Shown here: positions 12,529-26,882 of the stretch, piece after piece
Layout: each line of letters opens with the position of its first letter
How positions within the stretch are numbered: position 1 is the first letter of the stretch
Assembly: GCF_964204645.1 (NCBI RefSeq)
Contig: NC_134029.1
Span: forward strand, 16,858,950 to 16,922,949
Origin: Tubulanus polymorphus
Taxonomy: Eukaryota; Animalia; Nemertea
Direction of reading: 5' to 3'
DNA: 64,000 nt
Made by a program: the position numbers and the translations under genes
The notes under the pieces: generated by a model
The model's input: only the letters and a program-made list of their open reading frames with translations
Database searches by the model: none
What the model was told of the DNA's origin: nothing

Positions 12529-14807
12529 CTAGGGGTCCAGGGACACCATGCTCACTTGGGCAGTGGTTTCAAATGCTCAACAATCTAACAATTTCAATAC
12601 ATAACGCCCTCTAGCGACCATATACAAAAACCAATTACCTTGAAACCCACCACTATCATTGAACATGTGAGCAGCTATGATTTTGTAATCGATTGTGATA
12701 ACAAAATATGCCTCGTTACCAATTTAATATGGAAATACTAAGTTATTCTACTATTCAACGACCCCTGGTGACCATATGCAAAACCCAATGACCTTAAAAC
12801 TCACCACAATCGTAGTACATGTCATGAAATACAACTTTGCAATTGATCATAGTAACAAAATATGCCTAGGTACCAATCTAATAAGGAAATACTAAGCCAT
12901 TCTACTATTCAGCGCCCCCTGGTGACTATATGGAATAACTAATGTCCTTAAAAACTCACCACTATCATAGACGATGTCATGAACTACAACTTTGCAATGG
13001 ATCATGGTAACAAACTATGCCTAGGTACCAATCTAATAAGGAAAAACTAAGCTTTTCTACTATTCAACGCCCCCTGGTGACTATATGGAATAACTAATGT
13101 CCTTAAAAACTCACCACAATCATAGACGATGTCATGAACTACAACTTTGCCATTGATCATGGTAACAAAATATGCCTTGGTACAAATATAATATAGCGAT
13201 ACTAAGTTATTGTATTATTCAACGCCCCCTGATGGCCACATACAAAAACCAATGATCTTGAAACTCACCAAAATCATAGAACACGTTATGGGCTACAACT
13301 TTCCAATTGAATATAGTAACACAATATGCTTAGGTATCAATTAATTGTGGAAAAACTTTTTCCCACCTACGAATGAGTACTGATGACACCAAGATGGCCG
13401 CCAATTGCGTCATAATTGGCTGATCAAAAATACCTGTCCCAGGTATAAAACATCCCTCTCTAAAGAATATCCATCAGCAATTGCAATGAGAAATGGCAAA
13501 CCAGTAGGAAGCTACAGGACCTAGAATTCTGGCCAAAATTGACATTTTTCGGCACTAAAAAGGTCATAGGACGGCCATCTTGAGTCAGATCGACCCAATT
13601 TTCTTATGCTGATCGGCCTTTGGTAGATTCAATTATAAACGAAAGATCAAGGTAATTGATCAAATTGTCTTCAAAATTTCCCACGAAAACTTCGAAAATG
13701 TTTAAAAAGTGCTGATTTTGGCAAACAACAATGGCTGCCAGTCGGCCATCTTGAATCTGACAGGGCCAGTTTTTGGGCTGACGATGTGTCTAGGGTAGAT
13801 ACATGTATAAACCAAATATCAAGACATTACCTTGAAGCGTCTTCAAAACTTTAATATGGAAATACTAAGTTATTCTACTATTCAACGCCCCCTGGTGACC
13901 ATATTCAAAACCCAATGACCTTAAAACTCACCACAATCGTAGTACATGTCATGAAATACAACTTTGCAATTGATCACAGTAACAAAATATGCCTAGGTAC
14001 CAATCTAATAAGGAAATACTAAGCCATTCTACTATTCAGCGCCCCCTGGTGACTATATGGAATAACTAATGTCCTTAAAAACTCACCACAATCATAGCCG
14101 ATGTCATGAACTACAACTTTGCAATGGATCGTGGTAACAAACTATGCCTAGGTACCAATCTAATAAGGAAAAACTAAGCTTTTCTACTATTCAACGCCCC
14201 CTGGTGACTATATGGAATAACTAATGTCCTTAAAAACTCACCACAATCATAGACGATTTCATGAACTACAACTTTGCCATTGATCATGGTAACAAAATAT
14301 GCCTTGGTACAAATATAATATAGCGATACTAAGTTATTGTATTATTCAACGCCCCCTGATGGCCACATACAAAAACCAATGACCTTGAAACTGACCAAAA
14401 TCATAGAACACGTTATGGGCTACAACTTTCCAATTGAATATAGTAACACAATATGCTTAGGTATCAATTAATTGTGGAAAAACTTTTTCCCACCTACGAA
14501 TGAGTACTGATGACACCAAGATGGCCGCCAATTGCGTCATAATTGGCTGATCAAAAATACCTGTCCCAGGTATAAAACATCCCTCTCTAAAGCATATCCA
14601 TCAGCAATTGCAATGAGAAATGGCAAACCAGTAGGAAGCTACAGGACCTAGAATTCTGGCCAAAATTGACATTTTTGGGCACTAAAAAGGTCATAGGACG
14701 GCCATCTTGAGTCAGATCGACCCAATTTTCTTATGCTTATGGGCCTTTGGTAGATTCAAATATAAATGAAAGATCAAGGTAATTGATCAAAGCGTCTTCA
14801 AAATTTT
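12529..14807 (-). mobile_element. 5'-truncated copy of the 154-bp-repeat HINE family with a 1127-bp internal tandem duplication, nested in the 31-bp satellite
   Basis: Begins with the reverse complement of the family 3' end (CTAGGGGTCCAGGGACACCATGCTCACTTGGG). 12724-~13680 is repeated from 13851. Confidence 0.85.
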
Positions 14808-16260
14808 CTTCGGGCGACAAAACCAAAATAATGAATTGTCGCGGGCGATAAAACCAAAATTATGAATTGTCTCGTGCGACAAAACCAAAATAATGAATTG
14901 TCGCGGGCAATAAAACCAAAATAATGAATTATCGCGGGCGATAAAACCAAAATAATGAATTGTCTCGTGCGACAAAACCAAAATAATGAATTGTCGCGGG
15001 CAATAAAACCAAAATAATGAATTATCGCGGGTGATAAAACCAAAATATTGAATTGTCGCGGGCGATAAAACCAAAATAATGAATTGTCGCGGGCGACAAA
15101 ACCAAAAAAAAAATTGTCGCGGGCGACAAAAACAAATTATAAAACCAAAATAATGAATTGTCGCGGGCGTCAAAACCAAAAGAAGAATTGTCGCGGGCGA
15201 AAAAACCAAAATAATGAATTGTCGCTGGAGATAAAACCAAAGTAATGAATTGTCGTGGGCGATAAAACCAAAATATTGAATTGTCGTGGGCGACAAAACC
15301 AAACTAATGAATTGTCGCGGGCGACAAAACCAAAAAAAGAATTGTGGGGGCAACAAAACCAAAATAATGAATTGTCGCGGGCGACAAAACCAAAATGGTG
15401 AATTGTCGCGGGCGACAAAACCAAAATAATGAATTGTCGCGGGCGATTAAACCAAAATGATGAATTGTCTCGGGCGACAAAACCAAAGTAATGAATTGTC
15501 GCGGGCGATAAAACCAAAATAATGAATTATCGCGGGCGATAAAACCAAAATAATGAATTATCGCGGGCGACAAAACCAAAATAATGAATTGTCGCGGGCG
15601 ATAAAACCAAAATGATGAATTGTCTCGGGCGACAAAACCAAAATAATGAAATGTCGCGGGCGATAAAACCAAAATAATGAATTATCGCGGGCGATAAAAC
15701 CAAAATATTGAATTGTCGCGGGCGATTAAACCAAAATAATGAATTGTCGCTGGCGACAATACCAAAATATTGAATTGTCGCGGGCGACAAAACCAAAAAA
15801 AAAAAATTGTCGCGGGCGACTAAAACAAAATATAAAACCAAAATAATGAATTGTCGCGGGCGACAAAACCAAAAAGAAGAATTGTCGCGGGCGACAAAAC
15901 CAAAATAATGAATTGTCGCTGGAGACAATACCAAAATATTGAATTGTCGCGGGCGACAAAACCAAAAAAAAAATTGTCGCGGGCGACTAAAACAAAATAT
16001 AAAACCAAAATAATGGAATTGTCGCGGGCAACAAAACCAAAAAGAAGAATTGTCGCGGGTGACAAAACCAAAATAATGAATTGTCGCTGGAGATAAAACC
16101 AAAGTAATGAATTGTCGCAAGCGACAAAACCAAAATATTGAATTTTCGCGGGCGACAAAACCAAATTAATGAATTGTCGCAAGCGATAAAACCAAAATAA
16201 TGAATTGTCGCGGGCGATAAAACCAAAATATTGAATTGTCGCGTGTGACAAAACCAAAAC
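14808..16260. repeat. 31-bp satellite, right block
   Basis: About 46 tandem units of the same consensus; source of the many spurious repetitive ORFs in the track. Confidence 0.95.
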
Positions 16261-17519
16261 CTTGTGCATTTGACAATGATCGGTATGTACTGTAGGAAAT
16301 ATAAAGTATATAAAGGGTTGAAGCCCGCGGCCGAATAAAGTAACGTATTCTTTTATTTTAATACCTCGTCGACATAACAGCTTTTCTCCGCCATATCTCT
16401 TCGGCCTGTTTAGTTTAGGCCTACGATTCCCCGGTACACTAAAGATTTATCTTAGTAAATACACGGTTAATTCGGTAAAGAAAAATAGGTATTGTTAAAC
16501 TAACTCCTTGAAACCCGCAGCCAAATCACTGGTAGTAATAAATTAATTTGTACTCGATTTGATTCTCATGATGAGGAGAAACTTGCAGCTCATCCCCGGA
16601 ACGTCGATGTAGTAACACACTTCGATTCGTCGATGTTTACGGCTCCACAGTGCTTTTAAAATCTAAAGTAGTAAATTTCCAGTGTATCGGTAATATGATT
16701 TGATGAGGAAAATGGGCTATTGTTAAAATCACTGTTTGAAGACCGCGACTGAATGTGAAGTCTGCGGCAATAAATTAGTTCATTTATACTTGAATTGATA
16801 ATCGAAGTGACAGTCGGCCTGCGGGTTGATTTCGGGATGACGACTCGAAAAACATGTCGCCCCATTGAATGGGGCTAAATTTTCGATGTTTACGGCCCGA
16901 CAGCGCTTTTGTAACGATGATTTGTGAAAAAACACGCGGGCTATTTGTAGATCTCAGTGAGCTGAACGATATTATATGGATTGTATATGAAACAGCGGTA
17001 AGGTAACAAAGCCTATGTTCTTTTGGTAAAAATAGTGTGGAAGAAAATAATAATAATAATAATCACGCGGATATCAATAGGGTTTTCTGTGAAATAACAG
17101 AAAACCCTAAAAATTAGCGAATGTTTCCTTAATGTCCAAGACATTAACATAGGCGCTGGGTTTCATTTGTTAGATTGAGTAATAACTAATCCTGGTATGT
17201 GGTTGGTAATTGCATCTGATTCTGATCTATTTACAAGCAAGTTTAGTATGACATGTGCAGAAATAGAAATAGAAACCAGTTATGCAGATATGCATGCAGG
17301 ACCATATTCGAGCCAGGCTTGACACTTTCAATTACCGGTATTGCATTGCGCTTACTATGAGTTGCCAAATGTGACTTCAGCAGCTGATGACTGAAACTCG
17401 GCTCAAGTTTCATGAATCAACTGGTAATCATCACCAACGCATCGTAAGGGCGACCTGTGTTAGGCTTAAAGCTTATTGTATTGCAGGAATTGTAAAGTAT
17501 TTATCTTATTATTACGTAG

Positions 17520-17650
17520 GTAACACTCGGCAATCACAACAGCAACAAACACAGCAACAACCAGCAACCAGTCCGTTATCCCGGCGACGTCAAGTTCAAA
17601 CTGCTCCGAGTCCTCTAGTCCTGGGCAGTCCTACACATATTCAACAACAG
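17520..17650 (+). CDS. CRTC: CRTC coding exon (GNTRQSQQQQTQQQPATSPLSRRRQVQTAPSPLVLGSPTHIQQQ)
   Basis: Phase 1/0 fits its neighbours; Q/S/P-rich with SPLVL; tag acceptor, gttggt donor. Confidence 0.8.
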
Positions 17651-18507
17651 GTTGGTAATTTGATATTACCTTAAATTTCAATCTTAGCTGGTATCGCTGA
17701 TCAATTTTTGATGGACTTCATCTTCATGTGATCATCAAAGCCATCTGATATATTTCAGTCATGATTAAGACAAGCAAAGAGGGCTTTGTAAATTGTGCCC
17801 TGCCCTGTATAATCTTCAGACATAATTTGTAAGAGAGTTACAGTGGCTTCAGGACCCAGTGCTGCAGTTCTGAGTAAAGATTTGATGAAGAAGTGAACTA
17901 ATAAAAAATGAACCTCTTTTAAATCTGCGTCATCTTTGGAACTGGGTCTTGGTCCATTGTCTTCTGAATGGATCATGCGTAGCTGTTTGTCAAACATCTG
18001 ATGTCTATAGCTGTACAATATTACACTCCCTTGGTATACATGGTATACATATGCAGCGTAAAAGCATGGATGTATAAAACTAGATCTAGTTGGTACGTCT
18101 AGGTAAAAGCGCGCATACCTGATATACATATACATGTAGTATTAGTCCATCATGAAAACCTTGCGTCTGGTATATTAATACCCGGTGAATGCCAGTTAGG
18201 AGTTAAATGAATTATGTATTTTTGTAATTCCCTCCAAAATTTAACGCATGAAACTAAACAACTAGCAAAACGTTCATAGACTGAGTTACGTTGATAGAAA
18301 TTAGACATATTGAATATTGTCACCCTGCATGTTTGTGGATATCTTTACTATAGATATACATGTAGAAGTATTTGTCCCTGATAGAAATACTGCAGCATCT
18401 GTAATATGATATTACGGGGTTGTGACTGATAAAATTTTTGCTGCTAGTTGCTCGGGAAGCGATTGTTGTGAAACCTTGACCTCGCATGTACGTTGTGTTA
18501 TGAACAG

Positions 18508-18708
18508 GGTGATGACAGATTGATGATTGATCAACAACGATTCCGTTTATATCAACTACAACTACGACAGCAACAGCAACAGCAACAACAACAACGGCCT
18601 CAGCAACAATTACAGCAGTTACAACAACGGCTATCGGCACCACCTATACAGTCAACTGCTTCACCTCAGTCTTCGCAACAAAAATCACTCAGTAATAATG
18701 CAACGCAG
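18508..18708 (+). CDS. CRTC: CRTC Q-rich coding exon (GDDRLMIDQQRFRLYQLQLRQQQ...NNATQ)
   Basis: 201 nt, phase 0/0; aacag acceptor, gttagt donor; polyQ with mixed CAA/CAG codons. Confidence 0.75.
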
Positions 18709-20310
18709 GTTAGTATTGCACCCTCTATTCCGCCTGCAACCAAAGTTCTCTCGGAGGTCGCTCTTATTAGGGCGAGAATTGCAGTAACAAGTTACCGTGA
18801 TATCATATACACGGATCTGTGAGCAATATTGACCTCACAATTATTTTGCGATTAGCTGCAAAAAACATGTGATCGCACTGATTGTTGCTCCGGCAATATT
18901 GGCAGGTGTCATTCATACTATTCATTAGTCGTTACAGTGGGATCCAGGAAGAAAGACACTCTAAATATTTGGATGGATATATGAAAGCTGTGGGTACTGG
19001 AGTGTGTAATGGGTAGTGTAGTGTGATCTGTGTGCATTTGTGGCCAGCACACAGATCACATTGTTCAATGGGGTTGGGTCCAGGACTCGCGAGATTTTCA
19101 ACAACACGGGAGTAACGTGTAATAAATGATGACTTGAATTGCATGACTACCTACCACCCCTCATTATTGTTGGAAAACTAAACGTTCGGCACTGACTAAA
19201 AATTAGTAATAACATTTTAGAAATGGCCAGAATTTTGACTTAGGTTCTATCTCATTTTTATTTTACAATTGCGATTGGTATAATTTTTTTTTAAACGGCC
19301 GTTAAGGCTTCATGTTTCGTCTGCAATTTACTGCAAATAGTTACGCAACTACGCACATTTCAGTGTTTTTGGCAGCTGTACACTCAATCGGCACCGTTCG
19401 TGACTAGCTTCACTGCGGAATTATCATTAATTAACATCGCCATATCACATCATCAACTTATATTGTGCCTTAAAACCCTAACAGCCGAAATAATTGAAAT
19501 GCACACACGATTTCTATCATTGAAAATTGAGAGAGTGGCCATGTTTGTGTTTGCTGCTTCGCGTAAATCCCGCGCGGTGGCGCAACCGCGCGGAGTGGGG
19601 CCGATACGTCCAGTGTGAGTTAGAGTTGCAATGAGTTAACTCCTATTCAAATTTAAACTCACAGCTGTGGAACTGGGCCCAGGGTAATCAGTTATGTGGA
19701 AAGTTGGTAGCGTAAGAGTTATAAGATTTCAAACTCTTGAAGATGAAATGTACGTATGATTAGCAGGCTAAGGATGCAAACAAAAGTTTGAAATCTCCTC
19801 GATGTGCTCTAAAGGATGGCCGACCTGTGTTTGCTTAAGCACGAAAATTTTATTATGCCAATTTCGTATACATGTATCTTGAAAAATAACTTTCTAAGCT
19901 TATTAGTGGAGATTTCAGGTTGAGTTTTTGCTTCCATTCACCCATCACTCTATCACTTGCCAAGACCCTGACATGAAATATTGTATATCCTTTATATCAT
20001 TTCTATGCTTTTTCTTCGGAGAGCTGTATTCCAGCTAATTACAAAAAGGCTTTATGACGAGATTGATGATTATTTTTCACCAGGCTTCAGCTGTTAAGTT
20101 AAATTTTTGAAATTACTGGTATATTCATGGTAGTGGCTACTGCTACTCACATGCTGAGATAAATTTCTTGTGTTTGTGTTATTTGTTTGTAACTTCTCTT
20201 TTTACTCTGCATGTTATCATGTTATGTTTATTATTTACACTTTAAAACTACCTAAAAACTAGCCCAATCAGGCATTGGGCCTAATTGTAAGCGGTTGGTC
20301 TGATTAGGCT

Positions 20311-20314
<4 letters not shown>

Positions 20315-20371
<57 letters not shown>
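20315..20371. repeat. (TA)n microsatellite
   Basis: Directly visible. Confidence 0.95.
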
Positions 20372-20373
<2 letters not shown>

Positions 20374-23300
20374 TCCTAGTAGGGTAAGTTAACATACTAT
20401 ATCGTTTGCCTGAAAGTTGGTCAGTAGGATGTGCTAGGTCCATGGATTACACCTTCCGAAAATGGCTGCCATGGTGGACATCTTGGAATTTTGCGTTTGC
20501 GCTCGACACACTACAAATGACATGAGATTTTCTTGAAAGTTGATAGGTACAGGGATGAAAATCTTCCGTCCAAAGATGGATTTCTGACCTTTTAGTTACA
20601 TTTCCATCATTCTTAAGAACAGTGAAAATCCGGGTCACAAAGAAAGATCGGTAGATCAAAGCGGCTGTAAAAGCGCTGCAACCGTAAAAGCGTTCGTTAT
20701 ATGTGTTTTCCCTATCTCCATTCAAGAAGACACTACAAATGTAATCAATAATTGTATCTATTTGAATAGTAAACATTGTATTGATTGTACGCATAACACG
20801 GAAAAAGCCGATCGCGGACGTAGAACCAGCCCGTGTATCTGACGTCTGGCCGAGGCCAGGGCCGGGTTTTAGGCTTGTGGCTGCATCCAGGACTGTGACC
20901 GTGTTTCAGATGCTACCAGCCCAATTCAATTCAGTAGATGAATTTGTGGCTGAACTTCGTGGAGATTTTGTCAATTGATGGTAAATTTTGGTAAAATTTT
21001 CTAAACCCGAGGGGGGACACCCCCTCGAGCTTCCCCCGCTCCCGACCTCTGGTCGCTGGGGCAACGACGCTGTACGTCATTGCTGGTCGTTGCGAACACT
21101 TGTTTCATTTATTATAATTGACATTTCTGACCTTTCGGATTTGCCCATTTTCATCCCTGTAGGTATGATGTGCTAGTTACATGGATAACATGTGTTGAAA
21201 ATCAGGTTTCTAGCCGTCCCAAAATGAGTGCCAAGCTTGGCATCATGAATTTCTCACAAGGTGTGATGGGGTAGGTCCACTGATAACACCTCAAAATCAA
21301 GTTTCTCGCTCTTCCAATATGGCCACCACGGCGATAGGCACCAATAGGCATTTTGAATTTCTTGTTAGTGCTCCAAACATTACACATAATTTTCCTGAAA
21401 GTTGGTGTGATTTGCTAGGTCTATGGATTACACCACATCGATATTCAAGTGTTTGCTCTTTCAAAATGGCTGCCATGGTAGACGACATCTTGAAGTTTTT
21501 GTGAGTGTTTCTGGCCAGTTACTGGCCAGTTCGAAATGTCTGCCGTAATTTCCATTTTTGGGCATCCGATATATGGAAACTCTTGACACTGTACTTTAAA
21601 GAAGGTTTACGATAAATAAAGTGCTATTATATTTGATAGCCTGACAGTGTTGTTACTAAAACTGGTACTAATGAAAAAGGAAAGAATTTCGAACTAACAG
21701 AAGAGGACTACAATGCTATATTAATAGAACATGTAAGAATTATATGTTGTGTTCATGTATTAGTGTGTTGATAATATTGTATCTCCCCATCAATGTCACG
21801 AATAACTGGTAGCCATATTGGATTTCATCGTCCATCAACTCCATAATGGATATCAATACATGTCAACTGTATAGCAGACTATTAGTCATTTTGGATCTCG
21901 TTCCAATTCAGCTTGGTGGCTGTATTGATTAGTAGAATATCTGAAAACTTTAACAGCTGAACAGTGTTGCTGAAAATGACTGATTAACATCGCGATCTAT
22001 GTATTTTGCGGCAGTTAATGCAATGTAGAACAGTTGTGGAAACGTATAGAATTATTACTTTAAAGTCTTGTCTGGTCCAAGGTTGCGTAACAAATATGAC
22101 ATTCATATAATACAACGATTGCTAGGAATATTCTCAATAATCATTAATTGAGGTTTTTAACAGTATTTTGTCTCATGTTTGTTTCTGTCTCATGTTCGTT
22201 TTATATGCTTTGATTTAATTGTATTATTCGTCGATGAGTAATGAAAAAACTGCTTCTTTGTGGGGGTCTAATGTACTTTTTCTTCTGCTATTTTTCATTA
22301 GTCTTAAAACCATTCTTCTATGTAAAAATCTGAAACAATGGAATGTGTCTAATTCAAAGGATATTAGATACTTGCATTGTTTTGCTATAGGCTTGGTTAA
22401 GATTGTTAAATTCTGAATCACAATGGCGCATTTTGAAAAATAAAATTAATATTCCAGTCAATACAAATCAGTTTCATTCGTGCTAATTATTGGCAGACTG
22501 AAGAAAAAATCCTAAGTGTTTGTTCCTGACAACTGTCTATGTTATGAAAAAACTTGAAATTTGTCATGCTGCATTATGTTGCTGCATTACGTTCCTGTCA
22601 CAATTTTGACCTTTTGGAGCGAATCTTCCAATGATGTCTACGATTAACAAAACAACAAATTAAGGTTTTATTTTTCAAATGTGATTATCAAAACTTTAAA
22701 AATCTTTGGGCATGATATTGAATTCTAAATTACGTTCTAGGGCAAAAGTGTGATGCATATAATTGTCATATTTAAAATTCACGAGAATGCATACATGTAC
22801 TTGATAACTTCAGCTAAGTCCGGTGTATTAAGATGATTGTCAGGCGGGGGTTCGGTTATATCAGCTGTCGAAGACGTTGGATGTAAACAATAATATAAAC
22901 CACGTGCGCGATGCAAACAGGGACATCAAACTAAGAAGCACTGAATTTGTGAATTACATGTGATTTGAATAGGCATCTGTGCTGGTTTTTCAAAAAGTCG
23001 AATCTAAATTGACTCCTATTGCATAGGCCTAAAGCCAGGCCCTTTGGAATTGGATTGTATTCAACACAGTAATTCGTCTGTAATTTGCGATGAATCTTTT
23101 TAAAAATTAGCTTGAAGATTAGGTCTGACGAGATATCCACCCTTATAGTAAAAAAAAAATATTGGTGACTAAATATGGCTGCCAATGGGGTGGCCATCTT
23201 GAATTTCTTGTTTGCACAATGCAGCCCGCAATTCTTGATGGATTTTTCGCAAAGTTTGGTGTGAGGATCAGGGTAGGTAAGCTGTCCATACCTATTGTAT

Positions 23301-23953
23301 ATGGAGGTCATCGGATTTCATATAATGCAATTCTTGATGCATTTTCATTATACTAGGTGTAAGAATTATGGTAGGTGAAATGTCTTCCCCTTATTGAAAA
23401 TTGAGGTCAAGTAAGGCGCCAGGGTTGCCATCCATCTAGGATTGCTTTTCAGCACGATGCCTACAATTCTTAATGCATTTTTTCATGTAGTGTGATCTTT
23501 GGGGCAGCGAAAATGGGCTTGTCTTTTCATGTAAGGATATATTAACAGAAAATGAACATTATCGCCACATAGCCTATACCATCTTAACTATTTTAAAACT
23601 TGTTACATCGTTTCAATGTAAATCTTTCTGTAAAACTTTGAATACTAAATCATTCTTCTTCTACTGCATCATGAAGGTAAAAGGCCCGTGGGCCTCTTGT
23701 TGTAACAAGTGATTGATTTATGTCTGAAAGCGGTTTTGAGACTCTGATTATTTAAGCCATATTTAATTCGGGTCTGAACATGGCTTTACCTCGAAAATAG
23801 GCAACACTTGTAACTGTATAAAGTTTTCATTGAAGGATGGTTTTAGATTATATTTGTATTTTTCTCGCTTCAACAACGAATCATTGAAAGGTCTAAACAG
23901 ATTTTGAACAACTCCGCGATTAACATAGCGATCTGAAATTCTATTTGTTACAG

Positions 23954-24145
23954 TCGTCACTGACCCAGTATAGAAATAATATGGCAGCAGATTCGTGTCA
24001 ATCTCCAACATCACCACATTCACAAACTTCTTACTCTCCCTCACAGTCTCCAGGCCCTAGTGTCGCCACCTATAGTGAGTCATACTATTTACAGCAAACA
24101 CAACAGACGGCCGCGTTACAGCATCAATTTGAACAGTTCAATATG
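23954..24145 (+). CDS. CRTC: CRTC coding exon (SSLTQYRNN...SPTSP...ALQHQFEQFNM)
   Basis: Conserved LxHQxEQFNM ending; ttacag acceptor, gtgagt donor; 192 nt, phase 0/0. Confidence 0.9.
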
Positions 24146-25314
24146 GTGAGTATTGATTAGTATTTAATTAATCATACATTTCATATCTGCACATTGTTCA
24201 GTGATAGAGTTATATTAGAATTACTAGTCCAATCACTTCGAGCAAGTTGAATATTTGTGTCTATTTGAAATAAGATATCTTGATCTTCATTATAGTCAAT
24301 GGATTGATATCAACAAATCCATTGAAAAAAATTATTGCAGATATAAAATGTGTTCAGGGTTTACTATCTTGTTGGGCTTTGGTCATATATGCTCTAGACT
24401 GTGGTTGATAAGGGTTTTTTATACTAAATCATAGCATGCTTTTATTATTTCTACTTCTATGCTTTATATCAAGTTTTGGTGTTTATAGGTATTTTCTATA
24501 AAATATTCTATTCAACTTTTCAAAATTGTGTTTCCTCGGATATCTCGTGTAGAAAGTTTCTGTCAGTTGGTCTTTAGGTTGGTTGATATTTGGTGGAATT
24601 ATTGACAGTGTAGTATTGAAAGTGTATTAGATGCTGAGCGGATTAAAATATATTGTTACACAAAGGTGCATGTTCTCACAAAGGCTGTGTAGGAAAGACT
24701 GAAGAAATGCAACATTTAAGCAAGAAAAAAAGACTGCAAAGGAAAACACTATAGATTGTGAATGAATGAATATTCGGAAGGAATGAAACATTGTTTACAT
24801 CCAGTTACTCTCACTGTTGAGGATACAACAGAGATAATTTGATGTGATATGTATTGTACAGAGACGTGGGTTGTATATTCATTGATCAAACGTAATCCGC
24901 TTTTCTCGCTCGGATGAATTTTCCCGAGTGTGAGTTTTACTCCTGTAGTCAGTCCAATCAAACCAAGCTGCGTATATTCTTTTGCAATATAGCTTTATGT
25001 TGACTTACTAACAAACTGTGATGGTCAAAGGTTTCTAATTGTTGTATTTTGAACATATTATCCGTATATATCGTTCGTGATATTCTAGTTTGCATTTATT
25101 CCATTTAAAGATTCACCAAAGATTTCTGAAGAAGAATAATTAAGAGAGATATAATTGATGAATTAAACAGCCATCACCAGGTGTGGTCATTCCTCCTGAT
25201 GATGGCAACAACCATAAGGTTATAGTTAAATTTCAATAAATCTTTGGAATTTTTTTTCTTAAAAACTTTTATTTAGTATTTTTAAACTAACTAGATATAA
25301 TCAATATTTTATAG

Positions 25315-25494
<180 letters not shown>

Positions 25495-25789
25495 GTAAGT
25501 ATCTGTGGCTCTTTTCAGGACCCTGAAAAGCCTCTCGCCACGAAACCTTTATCTTGGGTTTGCTCTATCTCAGGCTCTATGAGTGCTAAGCCCATTATAA
25601 TTATCTATTTATCTATATATTGATACAAAACTATGTACCATCTAATGTCACCGTGGAGAAATAATTGGCCTTGAGATCAGGTGTGGTAGTCAATCATTGT
25701 ATAAACTAATGCAATGGCTAGATGCGGGTGTGAAAATATCTATAGAAGGGGGCCAAACAGAGGCTCATAATTTCAGCCAATAATAATAT

Positions 25790-26030
25790 AATAATTTGTG
25801 TCTTAGCCTATATAGCGCTAGTTCCAACGAAGCTGCTCAGAGCGTTTTACATTTTTCGGTACAATTACCCCGGCCATTTTAATACTCTAACATGTATCAT
25901 TCATCTCTCCCTGGGGAGAAATGACACCGAACGGCTAACAAGCGCACAGGAGTCATCTATCAGGCCAGGTACCCATTTACTTCTGGGTGAAGAGAGGCAA
26001 TGAGGATAAGTGTCTTGCCCGAGGACACTC
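25790..26030 (-). mobile_element. SINE fragment (CORE-like central domain plus LINE-derived tail)
   Basis: Minus strand reads GTGTCCTCGGGCAAGACACTT...CACCCAGAAGTAAATGGGTACC, with tail TGTAAAACGCTCTGAG...AGCGCTATATA. Confidence 0.65.
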
Positions 26031-26583
26031 AGTGAGCCCAATCAGTGAGCAGGAATTTTAATCATGGACTATCATAGTGTCAAATTAATTTTACAGTACC
26101 ATTCCTGCAGTTACAATAGCCCAGTTGGTAGAGCGCTACACTCGCACCTAACATCAGAAGTTCAAGTGCAACATCTATATTTTTTGCCTCCGATGGCTCC
26201 CGCTCTCCACAGGGCGAGCTTATCCAGGGTTCGTGCCGGTGCTTGAAAAGCTTGAAATGGCTTGAATTTGAGAAATGCTCTTCAAGCGCTTGAAAACGGC
26301 TTGAAAATAGATTGAAAGCTTGAAATAATTATTTTTGACTTGAAATAAAAGAATATGGCTGGAAATGCTTGATTATGACAAATTTCCTTCTTCGAGAATT
26401 TTTTCATTGAAATCGCAGACAATACATTTTCGTGTCGTTTCTACGTGTGCATCATGTCTTAGGCATCCATAAAGAAATTAATTGAATTGTATTGAATCGC
26501 GAGACTCACTTGCATTGCGACTTGTGGTGAAACTCTCCAGTGTCTGGAGACTTGAAAATATGGGGAAATTTCAGTCATGCATG

Positions 26584-26882
26584 CAGAGCCGTCGGAAGGA
26601 ATTTTTCAGTGGCGAGGCTTATTTCTGAAGGGGGGCTCTTGGGCCCTCCCGCTGAAAAATTTTGAAAATTCAATCGCCGGAGATGCGTTTCAGGGCCATT
26701 TCATGGTCTCATTCACAGAAGCATGAGAAGTCGTGAGCCAACCACCTAGTACGGAGAACGACGAACTGCTACACGCGGTACAGCGTGTTTTTGAAAAAAG
26801 CATTAAAAAATTTTCAATTTTTGTTAAGCAAATAAGTGGGGCCGCTTTGGCAGCCCCTGCCGCCCCTGTTCCTACGGCTCTG
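26584..26882. mobile_element. MITE (CAGAGCCGT...ACGGCTCTG) flanked by a TGCATG duplication
   Basis: TIR and 6-bp flanking repeat seen directly. Confidence 0.7.

Larger units (their letters stand above)
11817..17111 (-). mobile_element. Large composite HINE (non-autonomous Helentron, DINE-1-like architecture)
   Basis: Minus-strand 5' end: T-run, hairpin TAGGGTTTTCTGT/ACAGAAAACCCTA (17078-17109), then (ATT)n. 3' end: matching subTIR (GGGTTTTCTG at 11843-11852) plus short palindrome GCTGC-aaa-GCAGC. Tandem repeats in the centre. Confidence 0.7.

Noticed and set aside
12190-16260. CRISPR-like look of the 31-bp dyad repeats (also the 24-bp array at 45747-46192)
   Set aside because: Units are directly adjacent with no unique spacers, there are no cas genes, and the context is eukaryotic.
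12182-16269. Many overlapping ORFs (MVLSPATIHYFGF...)
   Set aside because: Translations of the 31-bp satellite in shifting frames; not genes.
25105-25250. CTGATGA-TGG...CCA motif within a short inverted repeat, a possible second hammerhead
   Set aside because: The GAAA half of the core is missing; too degenerate to support.
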